Positions 18,194 to 26,432 of a stretch of 26,432 bases of DNA are shown piece after piece; within the stretch, counting starts at the first letter, position 1, and each line of letters starts with the position of its first letter. The notes beneath the pieces were generated by a model. The model was not told the DNA's origin, did no database searches, and saw nothing but the letters and a program-made list of their open reading frames with translations. The translations under genes were made by a program, and so were the position numbers. The stretch spans positions 1 to 26,432 of the forward strand of contig JAYGDX010000325.1 in assembly GCA_046582655.1 (NCBI GenBank), in the 5' to 3' direction. The DNA is from Candidatus Poribacteria bacterium. GTDB lineage: Bacteria; Poribacteria; WGA-4E; UBA9662.

Positions 18194-18262
18194 TGCATTT
18201 GGGGTAGATATTAGCGCCTCAACTGTATCAGGAAACCTCGTAAACGCACTGTCTAAATTCTG

Positions 18263-18291
18263 TTGTATTTCATATAAGCCTATGATAGGAT
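18263..18291 (+). promoter_or_regulatory. Possible sigma-70 promoter for thuA
   Basis: TTGTAT, 17-nt spacer, TAGGAT with an upstream TGn extension. Confidence 0.35.
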
Positions 18292-18325
18292 AATAATCCG
18301 GGTATGTCAGCATAAAGGAACTAAA

Positions 18326-19057
18326 ATGGGAGATCCAATCCGCGTAACAGTCTGGAACGAATTTAAACATGAAAAGCATAACCAATCTATTGCTGATATT
18401 TACCCCGATGGCATTCACGGCGCGATCGCTGACGGACTCAGGAAAATAGGTGGGGTCGAAGTTGGTGTTGCAACACTTGATCAGCCAGAACAGGGACTAA
18501 CGCAATCAACTCTTGATGGAACTGATGTTTTAATATGGTGGTCTCACGCAGCTCATAACGAGGTTCAAGATGGAATCGTTGATCGCGTATACGCGCGAGT
18601 TATGGATGGAATGGGAATCATCCTTTTACACTCAACGCAGGGGGCCAAAATTTTCACTAAGCTGCTTGGAACAACCGGTACATTAAAATGGCGAGAATCA
18701 GGTGAGAAAGAGCGGTTGTGGGTAGTTGCTCCTGGACACCCTATCGCTGAAGGGTTGGATGAATATTTTGAGATTGAAGAGACTGAGATGTATGGTGAAT
18801 TTTTTGATATTCCTACCCCAGATACACTTGTTTTCATCAGTTGGTTTCCGGGTGGAGAAGTTTTCCGAAGCGGTTGCTGCTTTTATCGTGGGAAAGGTAA
18901 GATTTTCTACTTTCGTCCAGGACACGAAACCCACCCGATTTTCTTCAACGAAAACGTACGAAAAGTGCTGGGAAATGCCGTCAAATGGGCAAAACCGGGC
19001 AAATTGCCGAATATCACGCTTAGGAATGTCAACGTTCAGCCACTTGAAGAAATCTGA
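18326..19057 (+). CDS. thuA: ThuA (trehalose utilisation) domain protein
   Basis: [72 protein letters not shown]. Confidence 0.9.
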   Translation: MGDPIRVTVWNEFKHEKHNQSIADIYPDGIHGAIADGLRKIGGVEVGVATLDQPEQGLTQSTLDGTDVLIWWSHAAHNEVQDGIVDRVYARVMDGMGIILLHSTQGAKIFTKLLGTTGTLKWRESGEKERLWVVAPGHPIAEGLDEYFEIEETEMYGEFFDIPTPDTLVFISWFPGGEVFRSGCCFYRGKGKIFYFRPGHETHPIFFNENVRKVLGNAVKWAKPGKLPNITLRNVNVQPLEEI

Positions 19058-19106
19058 AGTCTCTAGCTAAAGTATCTGATCAGTATCTCAATTTATGGAG
19101 GGGTGA

Positions 19107-19862
19107 TTGTCAGATCAAATTATAAAAGTTGAGAAATTAACCAAAAATTTTGGAGATATTACAGCAGTTAACAAGCTGGCATTCTCAGTTGCTAAAGGTG
19201 AAACGGTTGGGTTGCTGGGGCCAAACGGAGCGGGAAAAACGACAACGATTCATATGCTGCTTGGTTTAACAAAACCAACCTCTGGTGATATTCGGATTTT
19301 CAATCTTAGTCTTCGACACAACCGGCGTAAAATTCTCCAACGCATTAACTTCGCTTCCGCCTATATTTCTTTGCCAAGTAATCTCACGGTCTATGAAAAC
19401 CTAAATGTATTTGGGAAATTGTATGGTAACCGAACCCCTCGAAGAAAGATTGGTGATTTGCTTGATCTACTCGAGATACCAGAGGTCATTAACCAGGTCA
19501 CTGGTGCACTTTCTTCTGGGCAACTTACACGACTGAACCTATGTAAAGCATTTCTGAACGATCCAGAAGTCCTGCTTCTTGATGAACCAACAGCCAGCCT
19601 TGACCCTAACATTGCTGAGAAAGTTCGAGTAACTCTCCAAAATGTTCAGCGAGAACGTGACGTAACAATGCTTTATACTTCGCATAATATGCAAGAAATT
19701 GAATTAATGTGTGATCGTGTCATATTCTTGTCATGTGGCAATATCGTTGCCGAAGGAACACCTCAGGAGATCATCGATAACTATCAAACTAAATCGTTAG
19801 AGGAAGTATTCATTTCACTGGCCAGGAATAGCAAACCCAAGGATTTTTCGGAGTTAGGGTAA
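19107..19862 (+). CDS. ABC transporter ATP-binding protein (ABC-2 exporter, NodI/DrrA-like)
   Basis: Walker A GPNGAGKT, signature LSSGQ, Walker B LLLDEPT, H-loop TSH; TTG start after GGAGGGG. Confidence 0.92.
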   Translation: MSDQIIKVEKLTKNFGDITAVNKLAFSVAKGETVGLLGPNGAGKTTTIHMLLGLTKPTSGDIRIFNLSLRHNRRKILQRINFASAYISLPSNLTVYENLNVFGKLYGNRTPRRKIGDLLDLLEIPEVINQVTGALSSGQLTRLNLCKAFLNDPEVLLLDEPTASLDPNIAEKVRVTLQNVQRERDVTMLYTSHNMQEIELMCDRVIFLSCGNIVAEGTPQEIIDNYQTKSLEEVFISLARNSKPKDFSELG

Positions 19863-20644
19863 TGCTAACACGAATTAACGGTCTTGTGTTGCGTTACCTA
19901 TACCTTTATCGCAGAAGCTTAGCTAGAGCAGGGGAAATTTTTTTCTGGCCAATAATGGATTTACTAGTGTGGGGGTTTGTTAGCGCCTATATAAACAAAG
20001 AGAATAAAGTTGCTCTTTTTCTGCTAGGCTCAGTAATTTTCTGGGATGTTCTCTATCGGTCACAACAGGCCATTACACTTTCCATTAGTGAAGACATATG
20101 GGTCAAAAACATCCTAAATGTGTTTGTTTCTCCAGTCAGTATTTTTGAGTTAATGGTTGCCACCTGTATAATGGGAATAATCAAAGCAGCAATCACTGCC
20201 ATTGTTCTAGGTTCCCTCGCTTTTCTGCTCTATACATTTAACATAGTATCAATTGGAATTTTATTATTGCCTTTCCTGATTAGTTTGTTGCTGTTCGGAT
20301 GGGCTCTCGGCATGGTGACAATGGCACTTATTCTTCGGTTCGGAAAATCTGCTGAAGCTCTAGTTTGGGGAGTACCTTTTTTAATTCAACCTTTCTCAGC
20401 GGTGTTCTATCCTGTGGAGGTGCTACCAGATTGGTTGCAAATTATTGCTTACACTATGCCATCTACGTACGTCTTTGAAGGGATGCGAAAAGTACTCGCA
20501 AATGGAGAATGGCTTGATCTAAAAATGTTGATAATTGCTTTTTCATTGAACATTCTTTACTTGGCAACTGGTGCAACATTCTTCGGTTGGATGTTCAGTC
20601 AAGTCCGTAAAAAAGGGTACCTAAGCCGAATCGGAATGGAATAA
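19862..20644 (+). CDS. ABC-2 type transporter permease
   Basis: About 6 TMs, FSAVFYPVEVLPDWLQ..PSTYVFEGMR motif; TAATG overlap with the ATPase gene. Confidence 0.9.
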   Translation: MLTRINGLVLRYLYLYRRSLARAGEIFFWPIMDLLVWGFVSAYINKENKVALFLLGSVIFWDVLYRSQQAITLSISEDIWVKNILNVFVSPVSIFELMVATCIMGIIKAAITAIVLGSLAFLLYTFNIVSIGILLLPFLISLLLFGWALGMVTMALILRFGKSAEALVWGVPFLIQPFSAVFYPVEVLPDWLQIIAYTMPSTYVFEGMRKVLANGEWLDLKMLIIAFSLNILYLATGATFFGWMFSQVRKKGYLSRIGME

Positions 20645-20685
20645 AAAAAGCGTTTTTGAAACTAAGTTTTATAAAAAATTTTGCC

Positions 20686-22098
20686 ATGAATAATTTAACT
20701 GTTTGTCTTATTGTCAATTCTGATCAAGTCCAAATAGATAATGTTAGTCAAGCATTAGCTGCTGAGCGGCTTGAGGTCGTTGTCGCCCACAATTTCTACG
20801 CTGCCCTAGACAGAATCGAGCGTCTCAAGGTAGATATTTTAATTACACCTCTCAAATCAGACCGGATTGATGGATTAAAATTGCTGAAAGCCGCTCAGCA
20901 GGAAAATCCTGATGTAGGAATCATCTTTATCTCTTCTCCCAAAGTTTTGGCCATGGACCTTGGTATCAAAGCCATGACATTGTACGAAACAAGCTATTTT
21001 CTAACTGAACCCATTAACGCCATACATCTTCGTGTATTTCTGCATAAAGTTCTAGAAAACCAGCGACTTCATATTGAGAATAGGAAATTACAATCACAAA
21101 TTGATGATAAAGTGGGTTTGTTGCAAATAACCGGCAACTCACCACAAATTCAGGAAATCCGACAACTGATTAGTCAAGTTGCACCAACAAAAGCCACAAT
21201 CATGATTTGTGGTGAACGAGGAACTGGTAAAGAACTTGCAGCTCGTACAATCCATTATCGGAGCTTGAGAAAAGGACAGCTCGCTGTACTTAATTGTGCT
21301 GCGTCGAGTGAATCGATGACAGAATCAGAACTATTTGGAAATGAGCAAAGTGAGGATACATACCATGTCCGTAAAGGGAGATTTGAAATAGCAAATGGCG
21401 GTACGCTTTTTCTCGAACATGTAAGTGAGTTAAGCCTAAACAACCAAGAGAAACTCCTTCATGTTTTGAGGAATCAGGAATTTAAAAAAACTGACCATAA
21501 TCAAAAGATTAAAATTGATGTACGAATTATTTGTTCTACCAGCTTAAATCTAGAAAAAAAAGTGTCTGACGGAAAATTTATGGAGGATTTGTATGACCGA
21601 TTGAGTATGGTTAAAATCGAATTACCTCCGCTTCGCAATCGCAAAGAGGATATTCCTTTACTCACCAAAGCCTTTATTGAAGAATTTTGTCGGGAAAATC
21701 GAGAAGGGATAAAAATGATGACACCGCATACGCTTCGACTCTTGATGTACTACGAATGGAAAGGGAATGTCCGTGAATTACGTAACATTATTGAGGGGAT
21801 CGTTATTTCATCCGATCGGAATGAACTCGACGAGGATGATCTACCCTCGCCTATTCTAGAGTCTAGTAATAAGGATGGAGAGACACTCTCTGCTCCCATG
21901 CTGGCAGAAAAAACTGACTGCCTTTCAAAAACTATAAACGTTGCAGTTGGCATGAAAATGTCACAAATTGAACGAGAAGCAATTCATGCGACACTCAGTC
22001 ATGTAAACAACAATCGGACGAAAGCTGCAGAAATATTGGACATTTCAAGGCAAACGATATTTAGAAAAGCCAAAAAATACAGTCTATATAAAGAGTAA
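20686..22098 (+). CDS. Atypical (degenerate) sigma-54 activator-like regulator: pseudo-receiver, AAA+, Fis HTH
   Basis: Walker A GERGTGKE, WKGNVREL and HTH NRTKAAEILDISRQT are present; GAFTGA is absent, Walker B is FLEHV, and the receiver Asp position is Pro. Start at ATG 20686 or TTG 20656. Confidence 0.85.
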   Translation: MNNLTVCLIVNSDQVQIDNVSQALAAERLEVVVAHNFYAALDRIERLKVDILITPLKSDRIDGLKLLKAAQQENPDVGIIFISSPKVLAMDLGIKAMTLYETSYFLTEPINAIHLRVFLHKVLENQRLHIENRKLQSQIDDKVGLLQITGNSPQIQEIRQLISQVAPTKATIMICGERGTGKELAARTIHYRSLRKGQLAVLNCAASSESMTESELFGNEQSEDTYHVRKGRFEIANGGTLFLEHVSELSLNNQEKLLHVLRNQEFKKTDHNQKIKIDVRIICSTSLNLEKKVSDGKFMEDLYDRLSMVKIELPPLRNRKEDIPLLTKAFIEEFCRENREGIKMMTPHTLRLLMYYEWKGNVRELRNIIEGIVISSDRNELDEDDLPSPILESSNKDGETLSAPMLAEKTDCLSKTINVAVGMKMSQIEREAIHATLSHVNNNRTKAAEILDISRQTIFRKAKKYSLYKE

Positions 22099-22104
22099 TT
22101 TTCT

Positions 22105-22767
22105 ATGAAAACCCATACAAGAGTAGTTTGGACAATTTCAATTATTTTTTTGTTTGCTTCTCAAACATTGTTGTTTGCTGAGGGAGATGAAGAGACGCGT
22201 TTTGATCTCATTTGGGCGTTAATTGGAATAATGTTCCCATCCCTGATTCTGATATGTCTTGGTATTGGAATATACTTGTGGTTAAAACGAAGAAAAATGT
22301 TGGGACGAAAAATGGATGACGAAGAGAATCTAGATATTACAATGTTAAATGAACCCTTCTTGTACAATCGTAATCTAGCATCGATTTATCCAGACAACGA
22401 TCAAAATACTCAGGAACAGCAGTTGGAAGAACTAGAACCATCCGCTCTTAACAGTTTGGAACACGTTTTCCGTCTGGATGATAATGATTTGCGACAAAGT
22501 TACGTTTTAATTGCTAATCTTATTAAGAATTATGTCTCCGAGAAATATGGGATCAAGGTGAAGTATTTAACAACGACGCAAATCTTGGAAAGCCTGCCGA
22601 ACGATCTGACAGATTCAGTTGCTGATCACGCCGGCGAAATTCTTCGGGCCTGTGACATGATTGAATTTTCTCACTACCGCCCTCTCCGGTCCGATCTGAA
22701 AAATATCTATGTATCCACAAAAGAATTCTTGGCAAACCAGTTAGAGAATAAAGATGCAGAAATTTGA
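22105..22767 (+). CDS. Membrane-anchored hypothetical protein resembling MoxR-associated BatD/DUF4381-type proteins
   Basis: Signal peptide plus one TM followed by KRRK; C-terminal YVSEKYGI..LTTTQIL...ILRACDMIEFS pattern; overlaps moxR by 14 nt. Confidence 0.5.
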   Translation: MKTHTRVVWTISIIFLFASQTLLFAEGDEETRFDLIWALIGIMFPSLILICLGIGIYLWLKRRKMLGRKMDDEENLDITMLNEPFLYNRNLASIYPDNDQNTQEQQLEELEPSALNSLEHVFRLDDNDLRQSYVLIANLIKNYVSEKYGIKVKYLTTTQILESLPNDLTDSVADHAGEILRACDMIEFSHYRPLRSDLKNIYVSTKEFLANQLENKDAEI

Positions 22768-23746
22768 TCTTGACAAGCTAAACGTAAGAATAAAAGAAGA
22801 GAGTACGTTTGTCGAAGCAATATTTGATGAAGTTGGCAAAGTCATTGTTGGTCAAAGGTACATGATCGAACGTCTGATTATCGGGTTGCTATGCAATGGA
22901 CATGTTTTACTTGAAGGCGTTCCCGGATTGGCTAAAACAGCAACTATTCAGTCAATAGCATCCACATTTTCAGTTAACTTCAATCGTATCCAATTCACAC
23001 CCGATTTACTTCCCGCTGATTTAATCGGAACTCTAATATACAATCCTCAGCAAGCAAACTTTTATACTAAGAAAGGGCCTATCTTTACCAACATAGTTTT
23101 GGCAGATGAAATTAACCGTGCACCAGCAAAGGTACAGAGCGCGCTTCTTGAAGCAATGCAAGAGCGGCAGGTCACAATTGGTGATGAAACCCATCCTCTG
23201 GATGATCCATTTCTGGTTTTAGCAACCCAGAACCCAATTGAGCAAGAAGGTACCTATCCATTGCCCGAAGCCCAAGTTGACCGGTTCATGCTCAAAGTAA
23301 AAGTAGATTATCCGACGAGTTCAGAAGAACTCGCCATTCTACGGAGAATGACATATGGTGATATCAAACCGATTGAACCTGTTATTTCACCTTCGCAAAT
23401 TGTTCAATTGAGATCCGTTGTCCGTGAAATTTATGTAGATGAAAAGATTGAACATTATATTGTCAGCTTGATTTCTGCAACGCGAAACCCACAGGAGTAT
23501 GAATTGGAGGATCTGGTTGATTTGATAGAATTTGGCGCCTCTCCACGTGCAACAATCTTTCTGGCAATGGCAGCCAAAGCTCATGCTTTTCTGCGTCATC
23601 GCGGGTTCGTCACCCCAGAGGATGTTCACGCGATTGGCAAGGACGTATTAAGACATCGGATCATCGTCAGCTACGAGGCTGAAGCTGAAGAAATCTCTTC
23701 TGAAGAAATTATACAAAAAATTTTTGAGAGTGTTGAAATCCCGTAG
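22754..23746 (+). CDS. moxR: MoxR-family AAA+ ATPase
   Basis: LLEGVPGLAKT, RIQFTPDLLPAD, LADEINRAPAKVQSALLEAMQE, ATQNPIEQEGTYPLPEAQVDRF, GASPRA. Confidence 0.95.
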   Translation: MQKFDLDKLNVRIKEESTFVEAIFDEVGKVIVGQRYMIERLIIGLLCNGHVLLEGVPGLAKTATIQSIASTFSVNFNRIQFTPDLLPADLIGTLIYNPQQANFYTKKGPIFTNIVLADEINRAPAKVQSALLEAMQERQVTIGDETHPLDDPFLVLATQNPIEQEGTYPLPEAQVDRFMLKVKVDYPTSSEELAILRRMTYGDIKPIEPVISPSQIVQLRSVVREIYVDEKIEHYIVSLISATRNPQEYELEDLVDLIEFGASPRATIFLAMAAKAHAFLRHRGFVTPEDVHAIGKDVLRHRIIVSYEAEAEEISSEEIIQKIFESVEIP

Positions 23747-23790
23747 CACATTATAATGATTAGATCTGTAACGGTAAGGAAACCTAATGA

Positions 23791-24465
23791 ATGCCAAATA
23801 AAATCTTATCAGATGAACAAGTGGGACGATATTTCCAAGACGGTTATCTGTTGGTATCAGAGCTTATTCCTGATCAGATTTCAGCCAAAGCTAAAGAGGA
23901 AATGTGGCAAGGATTGGGATTTAACCCAGATGACCCAAAAAGTTGGGAAGGAACAGAATCAGTTTTCCATTCAGACGACGCTGATTTGACGGCTTGCTAT
24001 ACGGATGATTTTCTCTCTGCAGCAGCCCAACTTTCCGGTGATGAGCCAGCAACGTTTCATAAACCAAGTGGAATTTTTTCTATAAATACATATCCGAGCG
24101 AAGGTGAATGGCATTGGCCCCATCCGCATATCGATCATGCGATCAAAGAACACGGACATAAATCTCTGCCACGCCCCTTTCGAATTGCCGCTATGACCTA
24201 TATTAGTGATGTCGATCAACATGGTGGAGGAACTGTTGTATGGCCTGAATCCCACCACAAGATCCGCACGTTATTGGAAAATGATATTGAGAAGTACGAA
24301 TACGTCTGGGCGCTCGGCCGGGACATTCACACGGTCGGCCTTGATAACCCGGTCGAGTTGACGCCTAAACGGGGTGACATCCTATTTTATCACTATTTTT
24401 GCGCACATACGGGCAGCAAGAATACCAGTAACCGCCCACGTTTTGCCTATAACGCCAAGTGGTAA
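23791..24465 (+). CDS. Phytanoyl-CoA dioxygenase (PhyH) family protein
   Basis: YFQDGYL, canonical HxD (PHID), GGGTVVWPESH, GDILFYH..CAHTGSKN...PR; AAGGA RBS. Confidence 0.85.
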   Translation: MPNKILSDEQVGRYFQDGYLLVSELIPDQISAKAKEEMWQGLGFNPDDPKSWEGTESVFHSDDADLTACYTDDFLSAAAQLSGDEPATFHKPSGIFSINTYPSEGEWHWPHPHIDHAIKEHGHKSLPRPFRIAAMTYISDVDQHGGGTVVWPESHHKIRTLLENDIEKYEYVWALGRDIHTVGLDNPVELTPKRGDILFYHYFCAHTGSKNTSNRPRFAYNAKW

Positions 24466-24488
24466 ACAGATACAGAAAGAGGTATTAG

Positions 24489-25310
24489 ATGTTCAAAATT
24501 GGTGTGGTCACAGACGAAATCAGTCAGAACCTTATTGAAGCAATTGAGGTTGCAAAATCCTGGGGGCTTAAATATATTGAGCTTCATAGTGTTTGGGGAA
24601 AAAATATCTGCCATGTGGATGATGCAACGCTCAGTCAAGTTATCAGCATCGTTAAAAAAAGCGGCATGATTGTAACAAACATCGATTCCTTGACTCTCCG
24701 ATGTCGTCTTGATGATGACGGAGAATACGCTGAACATATTCAGCATCTAATGAGATCTATTGAAATCGCGCCACTATTTAATAGCAATGTTGTACGGTTG
24801 TTTTCATTTTGGAAGGAAGAGAATATTGATGACAACAAATGGGACCGTATCTTTGCCAAGATGGAGTTACCAATCAAGATCGCTGAACGCGAAGGGGTAA
24901 TCCTAGGCCTCGAGAATGTGAGTTCGGGCAACATTGGAACGAGTGCCGACCTAGGACGGCTATTTGAGCATTTTGATTCGCCTAATCTAAAGTTAATCTG
25001 GGATCCGGGAAACGCATACGCTGCCGGAGATATTGATCCATCGCCTAGCGGTTATCAACATGTTAAGGATCACATCATCCATGTACATGTTAAGGATGTG
25101 GATTTTATCGATGACAAACGTGTCTGGTTACCAGTTGGGGCTGGTCAAATTGATTACGAAGCACATATGCGCGCGTTGCAACACGATAATTATGATGGTG
25201 TCATTGCACTTGAAACACACTTTCGTTTTCCAAGTGACAACGGAATTAAAAGTACAAAGAAATCTTATGAAGGATTAATGCAAATCCTTAACTCGATCAA
25301 ACAAAACTGA
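24489..25310 (+). CDS. Sugar phosphate isomerase/epimerase (xylose isomerase-like TIM barrel)
   Basis: VTDEIS, LGLEN, WDPGN, HVHVKD, GQIDY, ALETH metal-ligand motifs; AGAGG RBS. Confidence 0.9.
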   Translation: MFKIGVVTDEISQNLIEAIEVAKSWGLKYIELHSVWGKNICHVDDATLSQVISIVKKSGMIVTNIDSLTLRCRLDDDGEYAEHIQHLMRSIEIAPLFNSNVVRLFSFWKEENIDDNKWDRIFAKMELPIKIAEREGVILGLENVSSGNIGTSADLGRLFEHFDSPNLKLIWDPGNAYAAGDIDPSPSGYQHVKDHIIHVHVKDVDFIDDKRVWLPVGAGQIDYEAHMRALQHDNYDGVIALETHFRFPSDNGIKSTKKSYEGLMQILNSIKQN

Positions 25311-25371
25311 AATAAATATCGATAACGTTTATTCCCTCTTCTTCAGATATTGGAAAGGATAATTAGCTATA

Positions 25372-26358
25372 ATGGAAAAAGTGAAAATTGGATGCGTTGG
25401 TACTGGAGGAATGGCAAACTCTCACCTAAGTAGACTGGCAACTCTTGAAAATGCGGAAATTATCGCCTTGTGCGATATTTCGGAGGAACGTGTAAGTTCA
25501 GCGGTGGCAACATATGGCGGAGTTGCCTATACCAATGCAAAGAAAATGATAAATGAAACAGATCTCGATGCAGTCTATTTTTGTCTACCGCCGTTTGCAC
25601 ATTCCGAAATTGAAAAGGTTGCAGCTGAAAACGGTCTTCATATCTTCGTTGAAAAACCAGTTGCTATAGATCTTGATCACGGCTTATCGGTCGTTGAAGC
25701 CACTGATAAGTCGGGCGTAATTTCCGGTGTTGGCTATCAGGGACGATACCAGAACGCTGAAAACGCGCTGAAGGAGTTTCTCACCGATAAGACGATAGGC
25801 ATGATCGCTTGTCACCGTTGGGGAGGTATCGCCGGTGGGCCAGAACATTGGTGGAGGGTAATGGCCAAATCTGGAGGAATGTTGCACGAGCAAGCGACAC
25901 ATCAAGTCGATATGATCCGCTATCTGGCTGGTGAGATAACCGAAGTCTATAAAATTGATAGTATGCGTATCAATATTGATCAGGAAAATCACACCATCCC
26001 TGATGCAGAAGTTGTAACACTTCAATTTGAAAGTGGGGCAGTTGGTTACATTACTACTACTTCGGCACTAGTTCGCGGTGGAGGTAGTATGCGAACCGAT
26101 TTTATTCTTGAGAATCATATGGTACTTCAATTAGGTTGGGGGAATTTTTCAATTGTGCCAGAAGGTGCCGTCACAGTTGAGGTTCCAGACACACCACAGA
26201 TTTCGGTGGATGAGGCTTTTATCAACGCCATTCAGGCCAACGATCAATCCATTGTAAAGTCCTCCTACGCTGATGGACTTAGGTCAGCACTTGTATCGAT
26301 ATGTGCTAACCAATCCGCGATCGAAGGAAGGCCAATTCAAATTCCGAAAGTTCCATAA
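25372..26358 (+). CDS. Gfo/Idh/MocA family NAD(P)-dependent oxidoreductase
   Basis: IGCVGTGGMA Rossmann motif, LPPFAH, FVEKP, GYQGRY, SGGMLHEQATHQVD. Confidence 0.92.
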   Translation: MEKVKIGCVGTGGMANSHLSRLATLENAEIIALCDISEERVSSAVATYGGVAYTNAKKMINETDLDAVYFCLPPFAHSEIEKVAAENGLHIFVEKPVAIDLDHGLSVVEATDKSGVISGVGYQGRYQNAENALKEFLTDKTIGMIACHRWGGIAGGPEHWWRVMAKSGGMLHEQATHQVDMIRYLAGEITEVYKIDSMRINIDQENHTIPDAEVVTLQFESGAVGYITTTSALVRGGGSMRTDFILENHMVLQLGWGNFSIVPEGAVTVEVPDTPQISVDEAFINAIQANDQSIVKSSYADGLRSALVSICANQSAIEGRPIQIPKVP

Positions 26359-26374
26359 GCAACTAGGAAAAGTT

Positions 26375-26432
26375 ATGGAAAATCTACATCAAGTAGGTGT
26401 TGGAAAAATAGACATTACACCAGACTATCCTA
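26375..26432 (+). CDS. Partial ORF (5' end), possibly a neutral/alkaline ceramidase-like hydrolase
   Basis: MENLHQVGVGKIDITPDYP: GxxxxDITP N-terminal motif; AGGA RBS; runs off the window. Confidence 0.45.
   Translation, partial: MENLHQVGVGKIDITPDYP

Noticed and set aside
19107..20644. ABC ATPase as the energising module for the S-component-like protein
   Set aside because: It is an exporter-type ATPase coupled to its own ABC-2 permease, not EcfA-like, and is separated by other genes and a probable promoter
317..26025. Numerous 60-116 aa ORFs overlapping long genes on either strand
   Set aside because: Shadow ORFs within well-supported CDSs, with no motifs or RBS support

Overview
Gene-dense bacterial chromosomal window, moderately AT-rich. 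The content (two PhyH dioxygenases, an FGE/BNR fusion, Gfo/Idh/MocA, a C-terminal 'TTWGxxK' tail) is reminiscent of Candidatus Poribacteria; this is inference only. The left part (minus strand) holds a frameshifted PhoD-like phosphatase, a PhyH-family Fe/2OG enzyme, an FGE-domain/BNR fusion, a PlsC-type acyltransferase, an NtrC-family sigma-54 activator, a HemL-like class III aminotransferase with a good sigma-54 promoter, ubiX and a LarA-domain protein. The right part (plus strand) starts with queG, then a sigma-70 promoter, a cobalamin riboswitch and an intrinsic terminator. These precede a translationally coupled three-gene operon (secreted YncE-like beta-propeller, lipoprotein fused to an ECF S-component-like membrane domain, second secreted beta-propeller) with no btuB/btuCDF/ECF-AT genes. 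This operon is the best candidate for an undescribed system (corrinoid capture and uptake). Further right are a GT-C glycosyltransferase, thuA, an ABC-2 exporter pair, a catalytically degenerate sigma-54-activator homolog, a BatD-like membrane protein, MoxR, a second PhyH, a sugar isomerase/epimerase, a Gfo/Idh/MocA oxidoreductase and a partial ORF. No rRNA, tRNA, CRISPR or mobile element was seen.
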